In this document: one piece after another, positions 49,171 through 60,800 of the stretch
How positions within the stretch are numbered: the first letter of the stretch is position 1
Layout of the letters: every line of letters starts with the position of its first letter
IMG/VR virus record: IMGVR_UViG_3300045911_000062
Span: 9,947-73,946 of that record
Source: a virus
Strand: one strand, 5' to 3'
DNA length: 64,000 nt
The notes under the pieces: model-generated
What the model saw: the letters and a program-made list of their open reading frames with translations, nothing else
Told to the model about the DNA's origin: nothing
The model's database searches: none
Position numbers and translations under genes: made by a program

Positions 49171-49896
49171 TTATTTAGTTATTGTATTATTTATAATTAT
49201 ACCAAGCAAAATAGTCTCATTCCATACATGAGTAGAAATTGTTGCATAAAATTCTATATTAGATCTAATTATATGTTCAATATAATTAGCATAATCACCA
49301 TCGTCTACTGAATCAGAATTGCTCAAGGATTTATTGACATATTGATTATCAGTTAAATCAAACCAAGAGATAGCATTCAATGCTTCCGGCAAACTACCAC
49401 TTTCTGATAGTATAACACATAGTGTAATTCATGGTGTAATTGATGGTGTAATAGATGGTGTAATTGATGGTGTAATAGATGGTGTAATAGATGGTGTAAT
49501 AGATGGTGTAATAGATGGTGTAATAGATGGTGTAATAGATGGTGTAATAGATGGTGTAATAGATGGTGTAATAGATGGTGTAATAGATGGTGTAATAGAT
49601 GGAGTATTACTGACTATTACAAATTGTTTTGAATTTTCAATAAAATATATGTTAAGAAGTCCAATAACATTATTTGAAAAATTAAAATTTATATATGTAT
49701 CATTATATGTTATATTGTTAGGATATATTTGTTGGCCATTTATATCTAAAATATTAAAATAAAAATTTGTTCCGTAATTTCTTACTGATACAGAATTACC
49801 ATTAAACTTTATAGATCGCCATTTATCATTATCTGGTGCCTGACCAGAATGTAATATTATATTTCCAGTTAGTATATCTAAAAAACAATTTGACAT
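49171..49896 (-). CDS. Virion-type protein with (SITP)14 tract, interrupted by one in-frame TGA at 49429-49431
   Basis: ORFs 49429..49896 and 49171..49392 are in the same frame; the junction reads ..SITP*ITLCVILSESGSLPEALN..; late motif at 49920-49927. Confidence 0.65.
49432..49599 (-). repeat. 12-bp tandem repeat x14 (TCW ATT ACA CCA = SITP)
   Basis: gatggtgtaatw units counted directly. Confidence 0.95.
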
Positions 49897-49981
49897 TCAA
49901 TTTAATTTTTTTATTTACTTATTTATGCTATTGAAAATTCTTTTTAATTCATGCTTATTACTATAAATATTATTTTTATAA

Positions 49982-51838
49982 TCAAAATGATGATGGTGTT
50001 GGCGTTACATCTGGTGTAATTGTTGGGGTTGGTGTCGGTGTCAATGTAATATTTGGATCAATATCAATAGAGTTCAATTCACCAAATGCAATTGTTTGAA
50101 TATCTTCATTAGATGGATCTATAAAATCGACTAAAGAAAAAGAAGAAATAGTATTACCATCAAATTCAAATGCATAACCGTTTGAATTTAATGGGAAATA
50201 AATTCTATGACGACCTGAACGCCCGGAAACATGCATAGAAGATGCATATGATCCCATATCATATAGTGGATTAAAAAGTTCATTTCCTAAATGATCAGTC
50301 ATAATAAATCCACTTGAATAAATTTGAAGGTTATAATCTGATGTGTCAACTAAATATGTCACATAGCCTGTAATGGTATCCATTTTAACATCTAATAAAT
50401 TTGAAATTGTATAAGAGTTATTTAATGATATGGTTCCAAAACTATCTACAGAAAAATAATTTCCAATATGATCTACACCTGTGTATACATATGCAAAAAC
50501 AGTGTTATTATAATATTGAATATATTCTATTTCATCATCAAAAGTATATGTATCAACTAAAGTAAATGTATTTGTTATATTATCAAACGTGTATGTATGA
50601 AAACTATAATTTTCACATATTACATAATAATCTCCAACTTTACCTATATTTCTACAATGCATATTTGTATTAGAAATTAAATTTAAATGATTATTTGTTA
50701 TAGTAAATATTAACAAACCTGGAGGTGTTAAATTCTCTGGCGGTATTCCTTCCGTAAAACCCTGTCCCGCTGGCACGAATAGATATTCAGTTCCATCAAT
50801 ATAAGTAAATAAAACATCCCTAGTAAAAAGAAAACAAGAACCATTCCATGGATATGGTTCTACTATTGCATCATAATATGAAGTTATAAACAATGAAGAA
50901 CCATATCTAACCAACATTAAAATTGAATCATACCTGACCAAAACTGCATGATTATTATGAATGGCGGATAGTATTGTATAAGTTTCAGTGTTAAAAACTA
51001 AATCTGGAAAATCATAATTATATGCAATTATATTTAAATCTGACATATCATACGACACATATGAAGATGCATCGACGTTTGATTGTAACATAAATTCTTC
51101 TTCAACAACAAGTATTGGCGTATTTGATGGTGTAATAGATGGTGTAATAGATGGTGTAATAGATGGTGTAATAGATGGTGTAATAGATGGTGTAATAGAT
51201 GGTGTAATTGATGGTGTAATTGATGGTGTAATTGATGGTGTAATTGATGGTGTAATTGATGGTGTAATTGATGGTGTAATTGATGGTGTAATTGATGGTG
51301 TAATTGATGGTGTAATTGATGGTGTAATTGATGGTGTAATAGATGGTGTAATAGATGGTGTAATTGATGGTGTAATTGATGGTGTAATTGATGGTGTAAT
51401 TGATGGTGTAATAGATGGTGCTACATATTCTATATTAATGTAATCTTTTATGTCTACAAAAATTAAATTGGCATCCATAACAAAACCAACTTTTTGCATT
51501 ATCCCTTTATTTGGTACAACAGTAGTTAATTCTCCGCTTTTACCTAAAAAAAGTGGAGTCATTGGGGGTGCAGAAAATATATTTTCACCAAAATCTATAA
51601 CGCCAAATCTAATATATTTAATAAGTTCTTGTGGAGAAGAATTTTGTATTGCTACTCCATGACATTCTAAAAAATTTGCTGTTGATGCCAATTTTACTAA
51701 ATTATCACCATACGATACATTTACACAATAAAATTTTGGTATATATTCTATTGCAGACCCTTCGAGATGTTGACATTCAAATTTAGTGCTACGTAGATAA
51801 TTATCTATAATTGATATTTTTTTATCTGGGTCAATCAT
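49982..51838 (-). CDS. Putative virion surface protein: small N-domain, (SITP)24 stalk, beta-rich domain, TP tail
   Basis: Likely ATG 51838 behind late motif 51860-51867; ends TLTPTPTPTITPDVTPTPSSF. Confidence 0.65.
   Translation of the reverse strand: MIDPDKKISIIDNYLRSTKFECQHLEGSAIEYIPKFYCVNVSYGDNLVKLASTANFLECHGVAIQNSSPQELIKYIRFGVIDFGENIFSAPPMTPLFLGKSGELTTVVPNKGIMQKVGFVMDANLIFVDIKDYINIEYVAPSITPSITPSITPSITPSITPSITPSITPSITPSITPSITPSITPSITPSITPSITPSITPSITPSITPSITPSITPSITPSITPSITPSITPSITPSNTPILVVEEEFMLQSNVDASSYVSYDMSDLNIIAYNYDFPDLVFNTETYTILSAIHNNHAVLVRYDSILMLVRYGSSLFITSYYDAIVEPYPWNGSCFLFTRDVLFTYIDGTEYLFVPAGQGFTEGIPPENLTPPGLLIFTITNNHLNLISNTNMHCRNIGKVGDYYVICENYSFHTYTFDNITNTFTLVDTYTFDDEIEYIQYYNNTVFAYVYTGVDHIGNYFSVDSFGTISLNNSYTISNLLDVKMDTITGYVTYLVDTSDYNLQIYSSGFIMTDHLGNELFNPLYDMGSYASSMHVSGRSGRHRIYFPLNSNGYAFEFDGNTISSFSLVDFIDPSNEDIQTIAFGELNSIDIDPNITLTPTPTPTITPDVTPTPSSF
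51128..51415 (-). repeat. 12-bp tandem repeat x24 (SITP), same unit as 49432..49599
   Basis: 288 nt of gatggtgtaatw units, with blocks of TCT and TCA variants. Confidence 0.95.
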
Positions 51839-51862
51839 TTGAAAATCCAAAGATGTTAGTAT

Positions 51863-54800
51863 TTATGACGGACATGATCCATTTTCAAAATTTTGTAATC
51901 TTATAACACCAATAGATGGAGAAGATACATTAATAGTAGACTGTAATGCTACCCATGATGTTTTAAATATATCAGAATGATGTTTTTTATGCGTCATAGC
52001 TGCATGCAATAATTCAAAAAATATTTTATTGACTTCTTCTGTTGTAAAATTGTTATATATTGCATACATAGTAGTTATAATATTACTTTCACTATTCAAA
52101 TTATTATTTTTTAAAAACTCATTAATATCTACATTATTATACTTTATATTTGGGTCGTTTAACATGCTATTGACAATATATTTTGCTAATTCTCCATCCA
52201 TAAATACCTGTTCTTCACCTAGACCATAACGAGTATCACTATTATAAATGTTGTCATAAACTGTCCTATTTAATGATGGTAATAATTTTGTTTCATCAAC
52301 AGTTCCTGAAACAATTCTTTTTCCTATCATACTTTCTATGACTCTATCCCATAAAAACATATCTATTTTAGCTAATTGCTTTTCACGAATTAATTTCCAT
52401 TCCCAATGTACATTTTTTAGATATAAAGGAGAATATAATGAATTTGGTGAAGGCAATTCGTCACGTAACGTAAAATCTCTTGTAAATCGTAGAGCATATC
52501 TAGAATCATCTTTTATCGTATTTTCTAACCCTTTAACTACCAATTGTGTATATCTATAAGGAAGTTCATATTCATCTTCATCATAAACAATACCATAAAC
52601 TAAGCCATAACCGAACTCTGGCGTTCTCAACCCTTGCAATATCATATGTGGTTCTGGTATAAAACGTAATTGATTTTGAGCCTCTTTCAGATTTATTAAG
52701 GAGTCTCCAGTCAGAGCTATTTTATTCTCTTTATTTTTTACCCAAAAATAGTAAACTTTATATTCTTTTTTGCTCAATGGATCTAGTTTAGTTACATAAG
52801 AATGTGGGTATACTTTTTTGTAAATTCCTCCAGCATCTAACTCATCTTGTGTAGGCATGCGCGCTTCAAATACAAGTGTCACAATATCTTGTGGTTTAGG
52901 TTTAGAAATTTGATTTTCCAATAATGCACCATAACAATAATCATGTAAAGAATATAAATCTAAATCTAAAGTTCCTACATAAAAACCATTAATATATACT
53001 TTTGCATCCGTATGAATTAGATTTTCTACTATAGTATCTGGCTCTACTAATTTTACTGTAAATTCGAATATTTCATCTTTATGTTCCACCCAAATTGGTG
53101 GCATTCCAGTTTCTTCTTCTATATTTCTATATATTTTATAATAAGCCTCACCTGTACGTTTATCATTCTGTAATAAATTTTTATTTTTCAAATCTTTAGC
53201 AACTGCTAATCCCCATTCTTCAGGATGAACCAAAGATTCTGTCCATTGATACATAACTATTTCACCAAAATCGGCCATGCGCCCCCAATTAAAGATACGA
53301 TAGTTAATATCTGGAAATATTTTAGAATCATAATATGGTATGTAATACATTTTAGACGTATCTAACCATACTATTCCCTCTTTATTCTTCAACCAAACAG
53401 TCTCATTGGCACTTGTATCCTCAAAATTATAAATGGCTTTATCATTGTCTGATTGTATATCTATCACGAAATTGGGTATATGATAATGATGACCTATAGC
53501 TGGGTGCCATATTGGTATTCTTTTCATCACCACATCAGATTTTTTATCTAATAAAGTAGCAGGATTTTGAGCATCATAATTATATGATAAAGTTGTTACT
53601 GTTATGTTAGTCTTTCCTGATATGTCATAAAATTCTATTGCACCTGTGTTTATTAAATTATAATCATACCCCTCAGATAATTGTTTATTAGTTTGTGTTT
53701 CACTGTCATAGTATGTAACTATTACTTTGTCGGATTTTAACGGTAACTTAAAAATATATCTTCCATTTATTACTTTGATTGGAACTGTATTATTAAAATT
53801 AACTATGTTTATTTCATTTTTTGTAGTTTTAGCATATTTTGTATGTATTTCTAATTCATTTTCTATATTATATGATATTGATGTTACTTGCACATCAAAG
53901 TAAAAAGAAGGTTTTGGTGATAGCATGTATAACTGATCTGGTTGATTCCACCATCTGTGTAAATCTGTCAAACGAACAGGCTCAAATGTATCATTTAATG
54001 ATCCACCATCTGGAGTTACAAATTCAACCCTCATTTCTTTTGTTGATGCATCTCTTGCAAACAATTTTAATTCTGGATATATTTTTTCTTTATTATCGCC
54101 GAAGCAAGCTATTCTATAGGCCCAAAATTCATCAACGCCTGCGTCTAAAAATTTTGGCTGATTCACATAAGAATCTATTGCCATATTAGTACCTTTATTT
54201 TGAATCATTCCTCTCCAAAATAAAAATTGTGTTTTATCATTTATTTGTAAATCATCCATGTAATCTTTTGGTCCATCATAACCAATAGATTTTCTAGATC
54301 GCTCGACTATTGATCTATTTTCTGAAGAATTATAAGTATCAAAAAGATACCGGAGACTTTCTACTGAATGTTCTATATTATCAACTAATTTACCGCTTTG
54401 TAATACATAACCGCCAACATTGGGTCTGAGAGTAAAATCGGGAGTTCTACTATACTCCATATAGAATCTTGGTGTTTTCAATCCTAAAAATTTATCAAAT
54501 ATCAATGAGTTATCAACAGATAAATCATTAAAACTTAATATATGCTCATAACCATCTAAAAATAATTTGAAACCACCAATTTCTTTAATATCATTATTTA
54601 AAGTAACACTAGTTGATACTATATCATTTGAGTTTATTTTATTATATGAAAACTCTTTACTATTTTTTTCTATAATATCTTCCACTAATCTTATTTTTGT
54701 TTCTTTATCATTTCTATATACTAAAATTTCTCGATTATTCAGCAATTCTCCAAATGTGTCATATACTTTTGGTGTTTCTGCAAAAAAATAATCAGTTCTA

Positions 54801-57800
54801 TTAAAAATGTCACTTATAATTCCTTGTGGATGCTGTATAAAAATGTTATGTTTACAAGGATTCAAAACCAAAGATGGATAATTAGTTATATTATTTGTAG
54901 TTCTAATATAAAATTTTCCAACTCCAGAATCTGTTATATTAATGGCTTTTCCATTTAAAGCATCATATGTTGATAATGCCAACTGAATTCTATTACTAGA
55001 AGTTGTTCTGATTACATAATATGGAATATATTCAGATAATGGATTATTAAATGGTGTAGGCAAAACTGTATTATTTTCTTTTACAAATAATATCTCTGTT
55101 CCATTAGGCCAATTAACATACGCACCATTCTGAATTTCTAAAGTATTGTCAGTTACATTAGGTCGAACCTCAAATCTTAATGTATCTTCTTGTTTTATTG
55201 CTCTAACTTGATATGCCCATGATATAAATTTTTCTATAAAAAATTGCCAATCATTGGTTCTGTCATAAATATTATCTTTGTTATCTGCATCTTTATTTGA
55301 AAATATAATACCATCATCAAATAATTTATCATTATAACCTATCAAAAAGTTTACAGCATCTTGAATACCGGATGTTTGATATGGAAGAACTTCTGTAACA
55401 ATTTTTCTCTTATCACTTTCGTAGACCCTCCAAGGATAATTAGTTATAGCGCCACTAAGAGCTTTGAAAGTTCTAGATAATTTTCCTATAACGTGGGAGC
55501 CAGAACCTAATGATAATACTGATAGATAGCTTCCGTTTTGTGCGCCTTTCTGAGAGTTAGATAACCTAAAAGAATAATCATCTACTTTAACAAAATAATA
55601 TGGAGTAAATGGGTCTAAAGGATTTGGTAATATTCCATTTGTTTCTACAAAAAGTTCTGTTCCATCAATCCATTCATTTGGTAATGTCCTTGAATTTCCT
55701 GGTATTACATATCCATCTACAATATCATTCGAAACTGGAACATTATTAGAAACAAAAATTGTTGTCATTTGTGTTTGTACGTCAAAATGTGAATTTAACA
55801 CATTGTATATGCCATTAAATTGTGAACTACCATCAATGGTGAATTGAGAACCTGGGGGAAAGTCTCTCATCAAATTTTTATATATTTTAAATGACTTAAG
55901 GAATTCGTATTCGGTTTTATCTGCTGGTCTTATACTTGAAAATCCTGTAATTGAAGAGAACAAACCCAAATCTGTTATATCAATAGCAGAATTAATATCA
56001 GTAGATAAACTTTGAATTCGTATATCACCGTAATATATACTAGCCACGGCATGTGATGATAATTGTAAATTTAATTCTGTCAGTAATTGTGATATGGTTT
56101 GAGCTTTATAACCTTTTATAGTTATAGGAATTGTGATAGATCCGTCTACTACAACCTTGCAATTATAATTAAAATTTGAATTTGACAATCCTGTCTGATA
56201 AGAATTATATATTTTTTGTGAAAAATCTATATCTTGATAACCTACTGGTATTACTATAGAAGCAGCCATTAATTTATATTTGCTTATAACAAATAAATTA
56301 TTATCTAGATCAACATAAAAATCAAACGCTTGTGGTCTATAAACATCTACAGTATCACTATTTCCTAAAGAGGAAAATTCAGTAGTCCATCCAATTCCGT
56401 TATCTCTGTTTTTACTATACTTTGATGGAACTGAAAGTAGTGTAGCACTTAAACCAGTCATTTCTTTTTTATCAAAAGAAGTTCTTTTGTATATGTCTAA
56501 AGAAAAATCTTTATCTGTTATATCAAAATTATAGTTGAATACTTCTAAATTATCAGTATCAATCATACCAGAAAATAAGTATGATAGCTTTTGTTTCCAA
56601 TTATTCCATGTATCTTTAAACGATGATATATTACCATCAATTGAATTATATCTATTAAAAAATATATACCATTGATTAATACCATGTGATTTGTAAATTT
56701 TATTATCAACTAATTCCCCATGGAATAATGTAATTTTATGATTTCTTACTTTATGTAAACGCTTGTCTATTTGTAAGCAATCTATAACATTAAATTCAGA
56801 ATCAAATACAGAATTAAAAAATGTTATAGGATCTAATTTATATGCCACAGTCATTAAATCATAATTATGCCATATAGAATGTTTCCAAACCCATTCATAT
56901 GTTCCATTTTGACCAAATTCGTAATCTAAATTAGGAGTGTTAACACTATAATTAGAATTTACATCAAATATAGTTCTTATATTATTGCTTGTTGTATTAG
57001 AACTATTCCAATACGGTGGTAGCAATTCATCTGGAAGATAACCGTCATCTGTCGGTGTATCTAAAATATTAACTGGTAAAAATAAAAATACATCTTCTAT
57101 ATCACCTATGGAACCGGTTGCTATATTGCCATCTGGTAATAATTTACCAGATGGTACTATACCATTTAAAATATTTAACCACATTAATCCATTCCATTTC
57201 CTAGAAATCAAAGGATTAGTATTTAAATATGTATCATCCCACCAAGATGGTTTATCGGTATAGCCCTGTAAAATCCACGGTTGTTCATGTGGATAGGCAG
57301 TTCCATATACATATTCATATAGAGCCTGCCAACAACCAAATGTCATTGGGTCTGGTAAAGAAGTTTTCGGGTGTTCTGGTATAGGACTATAAAAATAATT
57401 CCATGTGAACGGATCATGACTCTTAAATGTATTTGAAATAGAAAATGGAAAATCTATACCGTATCTAGATATAAATTTCATAAACTGTTGTTTATAATTT
57501 TTATAAAATAAATTATTATTAAAAATTACATTAAAGTCATATCTGTTTGTATAATCTTTACAATCGTTATATAATTTATTTTCAATATTTAACATTAATT
57601 CTGCCAGAACTTCAATCGGGTCAATTTGAAACCACTGAAGTGAATTTGATGTTTTGTATATCTTTCTAGTTTTTAATTGAAGATCAGTTCGTATTAATAT
57701 CTCTCCAACAGTCGTTGGTGGTGGCAACGGGTCATTGTGATTATTAACATTCTGAGTATTTGTAAATTGTAGTGCTTGTATTATTTGTTCTAATTCTGCA

Positions 57801-60800
57801 TTTGTAAATATAATCTGAGACATATGTCCAGTATGATGAGTCAAACATAAATTTCCATTTTCATTTTTAAATAAATGTGGGACAACTTTTTTGAATATCC
57901 CCATACTAGTAGCAGATGATATGAAATTTTTAATTCCAGTATTTAAAGAATCTCCATACAGTTCATCAAATAAATCATTATTTTCGAAAACGTCTATTGT
58001 TTGAGAAATTATATTATTTAAAAAGCCATCATAAGTTAAATTTGCATTAGAATTTATATTAGAAACTAATAAGTCTCTGTATATTTCTTTTATATAATTC
58101 AATAACATATTATACTGAGATGCTGCCATATCAATAATTTCTGGAGGTGTGCCAGTATTACTGAATAAAGCTGAAATCAATGAATCTAACCCGCCATTAT
58201 GTTCTTTTATGGTTCCACCTAAAATTTTATTTGGATTTGTTTGTAAATAATATTTGCTTTTATTTTTAGAAAAATATACGATATCTTTTTGTTGTTTTTC
58301 TATACAACTACTAGCATGTCTGAATATATCACGTAATGATATATATTTTCTATTTTCGTGTTCTATATTATAAAACCATGAATCGGTAATGTCCCATTGA
58401 TCTCCTATTTTTTGTGGTACTGATAACTCGTTATTATTACCATGATGCCAGACAGTATGAAAATTTCCATGTCTTTTATATGCATAAATGTTTTGATTTT
58501 CACTATTTAATTTATTTTCAAAAACAAAATCTTTTAATGTATAATCATATTTTATTCTCTTGAGAATGTATGGATTAACCGGCATATCAGATTGTTCAAC
58601 ATACTTAAATATTTCTGATGCAGAATCATTTTCAGTTGTATCATCGTTGAAAATTTTAAAAAATGGATAAGAATTTCTAGAAAATCTCTTTTGTTCAATT
58701 TTTCTTAATCTTGTTAGATTATATTTTTCTTTTATTATTAAATTTGTATTTACTGAATCGGGCGTATTTATTAATACGTCTCTTCTACCTACATCTTCTA
58801 AGAAATATTCACCTACTTCTATTCTTATAGTGTCACTTTCAGATATAGATATAGAATCATCAAACTTTATTCCACCAACATAATCAACATTTATCTGACT
58901 AACTAAATCTGAAAAATTTCCATATTGTCTAATACCGTTTATATAAACTCTTATATCACCCTCTTGATAATCATCATATAATACTACATTTTGCAAAATG
59001 TTATCAAATATTATTTGCGGTCCTTGAACTAGTGATGTATATTTAAATTCTTGTGCAGAAAGGTATACATTAGAAGAGTAATCAGTAGATACGAACGAAT
59101 AAAAATATTCATCTAACATCGGATTTTTAGTCCAATTTAAACTAGATGGTTTTATATCCTTTATGCCTTTAAATCTCCATTGGTGTTTATCATAAACAAA
59201 TTGATCACCAAAACTAGTAAATTTTGGTGATATTCTTCCGCCAATTGGAAAATCTGAAATATCTACTAATGCTTGTTCAAGTGTTATTTTTGTAACATAT
59301 CTATTACTAATTACTATTTTTAAATATTCAACATTAGATACTTTATAAAAACCATTATTTTTTTCAAAACCTGACAAAAGTATTTCAGTACCAACTGATA
59401 TACCATCTAATAAGTTACCATATTTTTCATTAAATATTATTGTATAATAATCATCAAAATAAAACTCATTACCATCCACTAAAGAAATATCATGTAATTC
59501 AAATAAAGTAGGTTGTATATCTGTTTGTACATAACTAGAATTATCATTAACTCTGTAATCCCATTCATGTGTTGCTAATGATGTATCTGACATCTCCAAA
59601 CAATCATCAAATTCAATTATAGGAATTTGAGCGCGAGTTTTATCTGTCATATCCTTTATTTGATCTTTGTGGACCCAATAATTAGATAATGACCAATCAT
59701 CTAATTGTTTACAAACGTTAAAATTTTTATATACTGTTATGCCCGTTAATAAAGACGCATTCTTAAGTACAGTATTCCAAATAACGCCATTAAATTGTTG
59801 AATTTCATCAATAGAATTAACATACCGTAATCTATTAACAATATCTTGCGACGAGACATTTAATATATTGTTATTTCTACTTATATAATATTCTATACCT
59901 GTTTCGTTAAACATTATTTTGTTTAAACGTAATGCCGTATCATATACTTCTTTAATTTCATATTGACCGATCTGAGTCCCAGACGTAATATGTAAAATAT
60001 CACCAGCAATGATACCAGACGTAATAAAATTAATTGTTGTATCTTTTAAAGTATCTTGCCCTAAAGTAGATTCACCATTTTCACCTGAAAATATTAATAT
60101 TTTATTACACCAATAATATTTAACATCTTCTATATCCCATAAATTTTCTGAATATAAAAATTCATCTTGTGAATTTGCTAAAACTTCACCGTATAATAAA
60201 AAAATTAATGGCGAACAATTTAATACGCTAACTGAATCAGTTAACGTATGATGGCCTGACATAATATTAATTTTTGTAACATTTAAAATAGGATCGAATG
60301 AACTAGATTCAACTAATAATAAAACATCACATCCATCTGATATAGAAAATACATATCCCTTTTTAAATATGGTAGTTAAATCACCACTTACAGTTATTGT
60401 TGAGTCACTTACTGTGACATCATATATCATAATATTAGAAATTGTTTTAACTGGATAATCTGGTATGTCATCTAATATGTTTATCGTTGTTCTCTGGCTT
60501 CCGCTATTATAATAGCAAGAAAATACTTTAGATATTATATGATCACCATGATCAGATTCAATTATTATATAATCACCAGTAGAAAACTTACTAGTATGAT
60601 TACCTTTGATCTCTACAGAATTTATTGTTGTATTGTAAATATCATATTGTTTTGTTATTTCTAACAAACTACTGATAGCAGATTGAAATCTAGCTTTACT
60701 ACGTGTAAGATTATTTTTTATTGTTATATAATCTGGTTCTGTTGATGTAGAATTCCAGAAATAATCTCTATAATTTATTAGTTTATCAAAATCGATGGGA

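Noticed and set aside
49432-51415. 12-bp repeat arrays as CRISPR or iterons
   Set aside because: There are no spacers; the units are contiguous, in frame and coding, and no cas or rep gene is nearby.
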